Shown here piece by piece: positions 60,501-63,038 of a stretch of 63,038 nucleotides of DNA. Numbering within the stretch: the stretch's first letter is position 1; each line of letters starts with the position of its first letter. Both the position numbers and the translations under genes were made by a program. The notes beneath the pieces were generated by a model, which was not told where the DNA came from, made no database searches, and was given only the letters and a program-made list of their open reading frames with translations. This stretch comes from a bacterium (GTDB taxonomy: Bacteria; Patescibacteriota; Saccharimonadia; Saccharimonadales; SZUA-47). The DNA is taken from assembly GCA_030427125.1 (NCBI GenBank), contig JAUHXF010000003.1:1-63038 (forward strand), given 5' to 3'.

Positions 60501-63038
60501 TAACACTGTTTGTTGCAAGAGAAGTCGCATCAATACTGTTGTCGGCAATCTGTGCATCATCAATACAGTCAGCGGTAACTGCGACATCATTAGCATTGGC
60601 AGTAATACAGGTGCCACCACCCACGTTGAGGGTGACTGAGCTACCAAGGGCAACACTACCACCATTGGCGAGACCGGTGCCTGCGGTGATGGTGAGGGCA
60701 CCGGAGCCAGTTAGATAGGTGTTAGCTATGGTGTTGCCTTGGTAGGTCACGTTCTGAAGAATACCTGCGTTGGTGAGACGGGTGGTGCCGTTAGTTTGGA
60801 GGTCGCCAGAAATAATGTTTGCATTAGCTGAATCAGTGAGTCTGAATACTTCAGATAACACTGCTGCGTTTGTAGTGTAGAATCGAAGGTCTCCATCTTG
60901 AACACTTCCTGCGTTGAACGACTCAATCTTAGCTGAGTCATACACTCCACCATCATTGTTCTCCCAAATAAGGCTGAATATAGGATTACTATTGCCTGTA
61001 TTACCGCCAACAAATGTTGCTTCACCTACAGGCTCTACAACACGAAGCACTTCTCCTGTTCCACCAGTAATAGTTAGCTCTTGAAACGCAGGGCTATCCG
61101 TAGTCCTCAAGTTCTGATTACCGAGATATGCTGCGATGGTATTTACTTCTAGGTCGCCATTGCCTGTGTTGATCGTGGCGAACTGTGGCGCGGAAGTAAT
61201 CGTCAAATCCTGCCCCGTATTGTATTCCAGTTGGGCATCACCTATTGAGTCGGCTGCTATGGCGAGGTTTATGTTACTGCCTGATGGGGTAACGGTGAGT
61301 TGAGTGTTGCCTTGAATGCTGAGTGCTCCAGTGAGGGAGTTGAGTGAGGTGACGCCAGTACCACCACCAAGGCCATCACCATCTACCCACGTGAAGTTAC
61401 CAGTTGCATTGTTGTAGCTTAAGACATAGCCATCTACCCCTGCTCCACCATTGGTGATGTTGAGGTCTTCTTCAAGAATCGTATCATTGGTTATCTCTCC
61501 GGTGTCTACATCACCTGAGACATTGTCTGGTGAGGTGTCATAGGAACCAGTGGTTTCACTGCCGAGGGTAATGGTGCCGTCTTCTAGGAGGGCAAGATCT
61601 GACTCAGTAAGGTTAGTGGTACCTATGGTGAAGTCACCACCTGAGACGGTGAGGTCACCCGTCGTCGTGATGTTGCCGCCTGCTGTCACAACAAGTTCTC
61701 CTGCATTGACGTTGAAGCTGCCGGCGGTGTTTACCAGGATGTTGCCTGATGTTGTGGTGGAGAGCGTTAAGTTGCTACTAGCTCTCGTGATGGTTTGGAC
61801 AAAGTTTAGTTCACTCTCTATGTCTATCTGAGTACCTGTCACATCAATGTCGTTCCCAGCTGTTGAACCAGTACCACCTGCGCCAGCGACTGAGGAGATA
61901 ACTCGCCATCTACTGGAAGCGCTGTCATAGACAAGGGTATTAGATGCACCAGCTGGGATAGAGATAGCACCACCAGTACCGGTGATGATCCTATTGGCTG
62001 CAGTGGAGGCAGCATCCTGGTTGTTGAGGGTGGCTGCGTTGCTTCCAGCGTTAATAATAGTGATGAGTTCTCCGTCTCTCCCGCCGGCTATACCGGTTAG
62101 TGTCTGAGCAGATGCACCAGTCAAGCGGATGAGTGAAGCATTGGCGAACGAGGCGTTGTTGGTGGTGCCGGTGGTTGCGAAGTCGGTACCCCGCCTGAAA
62201 GCAACACTCTGGGTGACGTCGAGCGTACCAGCCAGTGAGACTGAGTCAGTGAGGTTAACGGTCAGGTTGCCATTGGCACCGGCATCGCTAAAGGAGATGT
62301 TAGTACCTGCAGTTAGGACGCGTTCATTAGTAAGCGTACCGTCTAGGCCAAGGGTGAGATAGCTAGCTGTTTCTGGAGCACCACTGCCGCCACCGCCACT
62401 GCCACAGGTGTCACTGAAGCTTAAGCCCCCTGCTCCATCACCAATGACACAGTCGCCGCTGTCACCATAGGCTGCAGGCAGCGTGAAGGTGAGGTTAGCA
62501 CCGATGCTCGCTGACTGTATCTGGGTGTAGGTAGCGCCTGATCCGTCATACAGTCGTAGTGAGCCTGCTTGGGAGGTTGTCCCTATGGAGAGATTAGCTC
62601 CTTGGACAAGGGCGGTGCCAGCAATCGTGGTTTGGATACTACTGTTGCCAAGCGTTAATGCACTGGCATTGGCCGTACCAAGACTAATGGCTCCAGTGGT
62701 ACCAGTGGCTGTACCGACATCAATGGTGATGTCACCTGAGTCAGAAGTAGCACCAAGGGCATCACCTGTTTGAATCGTAACATCATCAGAGTCAGCAGAG
62801 CCTGCATTGGTGTCATCCGAGGAGACATTACGTGAGGTGAAAGCATACGGGACGCTAGTGAGCCTAAAGCGAGGGCTCATCTCACCATCCCAGCTTGGTG
62901 CACCAGTGCCACCAATGTTCATGGTGAGCCAGAGTGGTTGGCTCCAGTCAATGTTTGGGAGAGCAGTCACATCACCAAGATAGACAGAATAGTAGCCATC
63001 ACGAATGGATACTTGGTTACCACCAGTTCTGGTTTCTA
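51589..63038 (-). CDS. Giant cell-surface fibre protein, more than 3816 aa; the 5' end lies beyond the right window edge
   Basis: The frame stays open to the window edge. The residues upstream of the ORF-track start (a GTG at 62970) read ETRTGGNQVSIRDGYYSVYLGD, continuing a domain paralogous to the N-terminal domain of the 2060-aa protein. It holds many repeated modules, a parallel beta-helix region and a peptidase S74-like intramolecular chaperone domain. Confidence 0.85.
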   Translation of the reverse strand, partial: ETRTGGNQVSIRDGYYSVYLGDVTALPNIDWSQPLWLTMNIGGTGAPSWDGEMSPRFRLTSVPYAFTSRNVSSDDTNAGSADSDDVTIQTGDALGATSDSGDITIDVGTATGTTGAISLGTANASALTLGNSSIQTTIAGTALVQGANLSIGTTSQAGSLRLYDGSGATYTQIQSASIGANLTFTLPAAYGDSGDCVIGDGAGGLSFSDTCGSGGGGSGAPETASYLTLGLDGTLTNERVLTAGTNISFSDAGANGNLTVNLTDSVSLAGTLDVTQSVAFRRGTDFATTGTTNNASFANASLIRLTGASAQTLTGIAGGRDGELITIINAGSNAATLNNQDAASTAANRIITGTGGAISIPAGASNTLVYDSASSRWRVISSVAGAGGTGSTAGNDIDVTGTQIDIESELNFVQTITRASSNLTLSTTTSGNILVNTAGSFNVNAGELVVTAGGNITTTGDLTVSGGDFTIGTTNLTESDLALLEDGTITLGSETTGSYDTSPDNVSGDVDTGEITNDTILEEDLNITNGGAGVDGYVLSYNNATGNFTWVDGDGLGGGTGVTSLNSLTGALSIQGNTQLTVTPSGSNINLAIAADSIGDAQLEYNTGQDLTITSAPQFATINTGNGDLEVNTIAAYLGNQNLRTTDSPAFQELTITGGTGEVLRVVEPVGEATFVGGNTGNSNPIFSLIWENNDGGVYDSAKIESFNAGSVQDGDLRFYTTNAAVLSEVFRLTDSANANIISGDLQTNGTTRLTNAGILQNVTYQGNTIANTYLTGSGALTITAGTGLANGGSVALGSSVTLNVGGGTCITANANDVAVTADCIDDAQIADNSIDATSLATNSVNSAEIVDGSVRTQEIANDTILAVDLENNGAAPGASEDTYVAIYDHSTGGFNWVAQSGVGTDTTYSAGNDIDITGTTINLESQLDFVTTINRTSSNLTLQTTTSGDILLNPAGQITVGGNIIPSTTNAYDLGTATEQFANAYFDGTVQTDFLQSDGDIAALGGDIYDSGGNLAVRAEDSAIIAIDYNNNDADTQTFSVVKNEGLGDLTPTNILFQVAETGNASLLGDLTITGANLIIGSTNISETDLSIIDDGQISNGELQNSSITVTAGNGLANGGSVSLGGSTTLNVGAGTCITANANDVSITANCIDDAQIADNSIDATSLATNSVNSAEIVDGSVRTQEIANDTILAQDLDNTTAPGAGQDNYVATYDHTTGGFTWVSQASVAGTAGVTSLNSLTGALSIQGNTQLTVTPSGSNINLSIANNSIGNTQLEYDTGQNLTTTSAPTFNGLTVNGDASFATGSGATGSAGAGADYAVIPLRSGINALTGGGSAPYDLGISLEADAQIQFIETDSDVVTGWIDVNNPALFINGTGTFSSNINSTGGAIQTGGTTRLTNAGVLQNVTYQGNAIANTYLANSSVSYGGVSVSLGSSDATPAFNLTDATSLPLGTGTTGTLAATRGGTGQSTTSVGDLLLGAGSNTWSKLGIGGNNTCLVSNGTTASWGACSSGGGITGSGTANQVAYFNGSGSIASGAGFTYNGQTLGLTNSSNTNYNVSISNGGGTAKGVQILAGNSGSDATLLKVSNFADTSDFFTVTDGNSYFENGNLGVGLNNPSTKLQIANGSDDALTLRIDGANTSTEYLAFGISGANEAAITAGYQGTGNTSLSLRVSNSTEYEAANLSSAGNFNITTGGLQTNGTTRLTNAGALQNITTIDTGNGALEVNTIAEYLGNQNLRTTDSPTFGGATLTGNLALSGASKEITFNGTVAGIQESGSGILIDSINNTRIFLDTNNNSSDEFTIHSAVAPANNDTGFVFKVQDTGAITATNSITGLTGITSSGTITYTGLGAGTGSAICLNGSNQLVTCTAGSGAITGSGTSGTVPVFTGTGTLGDSVITESGGDITVGGGFTVNDGQSQGTAIARINNTANQGNRTALQLNSNFDRDIGIAFYNQSVERWSIWNDGAASDDLVVTDGSADRLIIDQGTGNTNFVTGAIQTAGTTRLTNAGALQNISTIDTGNGALEVNTIAEYLGNQNLRTTDSPSFGAELTLTEASPQLYFNDSDANDNFWIHVNSNNFYVLADRNEDDAWEGPHPLQLEADTNDAYVFGNEICDASNNCNYASAGSGVLSLNSLTGNLNVVGTANQITVTPSGSNITLSLPQDIATTSAPTFATINTGNGAQEVNTIAGYLGNQNLRTSDNPTFNSVTLGASTGNNRLAWTGGAMQQITNQGGYVQYSDSSTILHAGDNGVALVSDLGIAAGTTSEELYLTADGAVQVITNRQSSYAASYASTFGADGSLTVPGTINGNLFSGSGASLTSLNASNISSGTLADARLTSNVALLDRSNQLFTAEQRFTGSSGAAYSQAGIEVYETSASGRSPRIGFHLGGAVASQFGFLEGDTSGDLAVLDNPGTGYETLRVRDLKIGTTAIIDGSRNIVNAGSGSFSGALTATTLDTGQGANELYDMNQNVQTTDSVTFGNITNSGVYTANSTSTRDKIRVWNSNLYTIGMQNSFTYGYLNGYAMTFQMNNTANRGWWWGQDGHSQSQGAMSLTNDGRLYVDQTVDAGSEIRTAGTTRINSTGVLSNVTNADAGTFFTGGTLTTARGGTGITSYTTGDILYASNSTTIAKRSIGTNGQCLVSNGTLPVWGACAGPKTATFIVAPSGSGITADYYTDGTSDETEINSALSAAAGGKVYLAEGTYTADGTILIPNNTTLEGAGIGTIIRLSVGAGTDNLIQATGTNRTGQTIRNLTLDGSLGTGGTQRAIYFDDVGEPTTRRVGGIIENVNIINFAYGSNIHFQDSSNNKVINSTLTDYNGPAFNHAIYIYSPTGIAQNNVISGNSFTSNIATADTIYVANGSAGLRSGTLIEGNTISAGGYGIRIQNSLENIISNNTISGSISDPGIALETESNNTIVTNNIISNISSDYGIFSQSENTVIDGNNIKDTGYDGIYINSGSVDTIVSNNRIENFGLDSSGLDGINVIGDNIKISNNFITNTSGTGYAIHIQSSADGTILEGNTFYGSGSSTILDQGTNTVYGGQASLGNNYVIQSAGGTTFLRDTVLVGEPTSQGQLRISDGTGQTVTLQVDNLGGDTVLDIPAFVGTDEVCLVNLGNCSGGSGAWTSSGGSTTLVNSGDFVGIGTSTQHDTDVKTTVWGGNLLVAGSGQSRLTLGNATNPAANVVWNLDNSSSTLRLFHEPNLSTAGTVRLTVNTSGDFDFTGKIGVNSNSIQLLSYGSGDTDITSLVPGSTFGGLIQGANSGHLVVGLYENDGADAFSIISGGGNYTGDFTYDTAILTARANGNVGIGNTAPDNALTVLRAGFSPTSNDDAAIRVEGNWGGGLVFSEGTGRSMIWSASGTDLRFGTNCTASGCSSSAGQLRIDPNGDLYVAPGLAQPALVLASPNTGDNWTSQGAIISIGESGLAGAASMHMTYRGDGYGFIGSGAVSNAQPGASYLRFDYNANEIYSPDNLTLGGDLTFSNVSSTTIGLGFDGLNYYFETGNHRATGMNIGDLRFTNTAFTGNTVCRNAGDTQLGVTAYALTRCTSLQRFKDHTTTLPWGLETLRQLRPVKYKWNINDKIWDTGFIAEEVAAVNPIFAEFDTEGELTGVKYRHLTSLLASSIQELDLQVQSNTSRISSAESRLSVLESTTNSLTKKNITVTNQATTVKLTVTGTATIANLKVTGTTEVADLKVNGKIITAGNVPTAVLGATTTGQGSSYTIEGNDTAGTIEFETGTDTVANPIAAGEQIEIIFDEAYDQAPRVTLTPLDASSATIDYFVTRDENGFTLHFVDIPAENETYSFDYQILQ
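59452..59583 (-). repeat. Coding repeat, copy B of a 44-aa invariant block (CIDDAQIADNSIDATSLATNSVNSAEIVDGSVRTQEIANDTILA)
   Basis: It lies 984 nt (328 codons) from copy A. The peptide is identical. The DNA differs at 21 of 132 positions, all of them third codon positions. Confidence 0.9.
60436..60567 (-). repeat. Coding repeat, copy A of the same 44-aa invariant block
   Basis: See copy B. The flanking 100 aa or so on each side are also similar between the two copies, but not identical. Confidence 0.9.

Noticed and set aside
59350-61400. Whether the internal repeats of the giant gene are a CRISPR array or a diversity-generating retroelement template/variable repeat pair.
   Set aside because: The repeats are in-frame coding modules of about 1 kb period, not 25-40 nt repeats with spacers. 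Differences between copies are synonymous third-position changes of all types, not adenine-specific. No reverse transcriptase gene is in the window.
62962-62970. The ORF-track start of the second giant gene at 62970.
   Set aside because: That codon is an internal GTG. The frame stays open to 63038 and continues a domain homologous to the paralogue, so the gene is 5'-truncated by the window.

Overview
Gene-dense, almost entirely minus-strand 63-kb window from a small, compact bacterial genome. I saw no rRNA, tRNA, CRISPR array, transposase or integrase. The gene content points to a Candidate Phyla Radiation / Saccharibacteria-like episymbiont, which is an inference. That content is class I LysRS, a heliorhodopsin, type IV pilin-like proteins, an LCP enzyme, a short ProRS, an rpsB-tsf-frr-uppS-rseP cluster lacking pyrH and cdsA, and giant tail-fibre-like surface proteins. 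RF1 and RF2 are both present, so the standard code applies. Left to right: a divisome hydrolase module (ftsE-ftsX, coiled-coil M23 peptidase, S41 Ctp); an ABC exporter; prfB; an M16 peptidase; secA, hpf, serS; a Cas4-like nuclease; two rRNA methyltransferases. Next comes a unit running ABC transporter, two prepilin-like proteins, a VWA protein and a heliorhodopsin, closed by a terminator. After that come lysK, greA, proS, a CPBP protease, rseP, uppS, frr, tsf, rpsB, rpmE and prfA. A two-gene orphan cassette (1043 aa plus 118 aa) on the opposite strand splits prfA from prmC and has a perfect consensus promoter. Then htrA, an LCP enzyme, lepB and parAB. The last 19 kb holds two giant surface-protein genes (2060 aa and more than 3816 aa, the second truncated by the window edge). 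They are built from phage tail-fibre-like modules, and a beta-lactamase-fold hydrolase sits between them, bracketed by identical perfect palindromes. The leads I rank highest are the prfA/prmC-splitting cassette, the heliorhodopsin with a polybasic cytoplasmic tail next to pilus-tip genes, the tailspike-like giant proteins, a 21-nt palindrome present three times, and a circularly permuted M23 domain.
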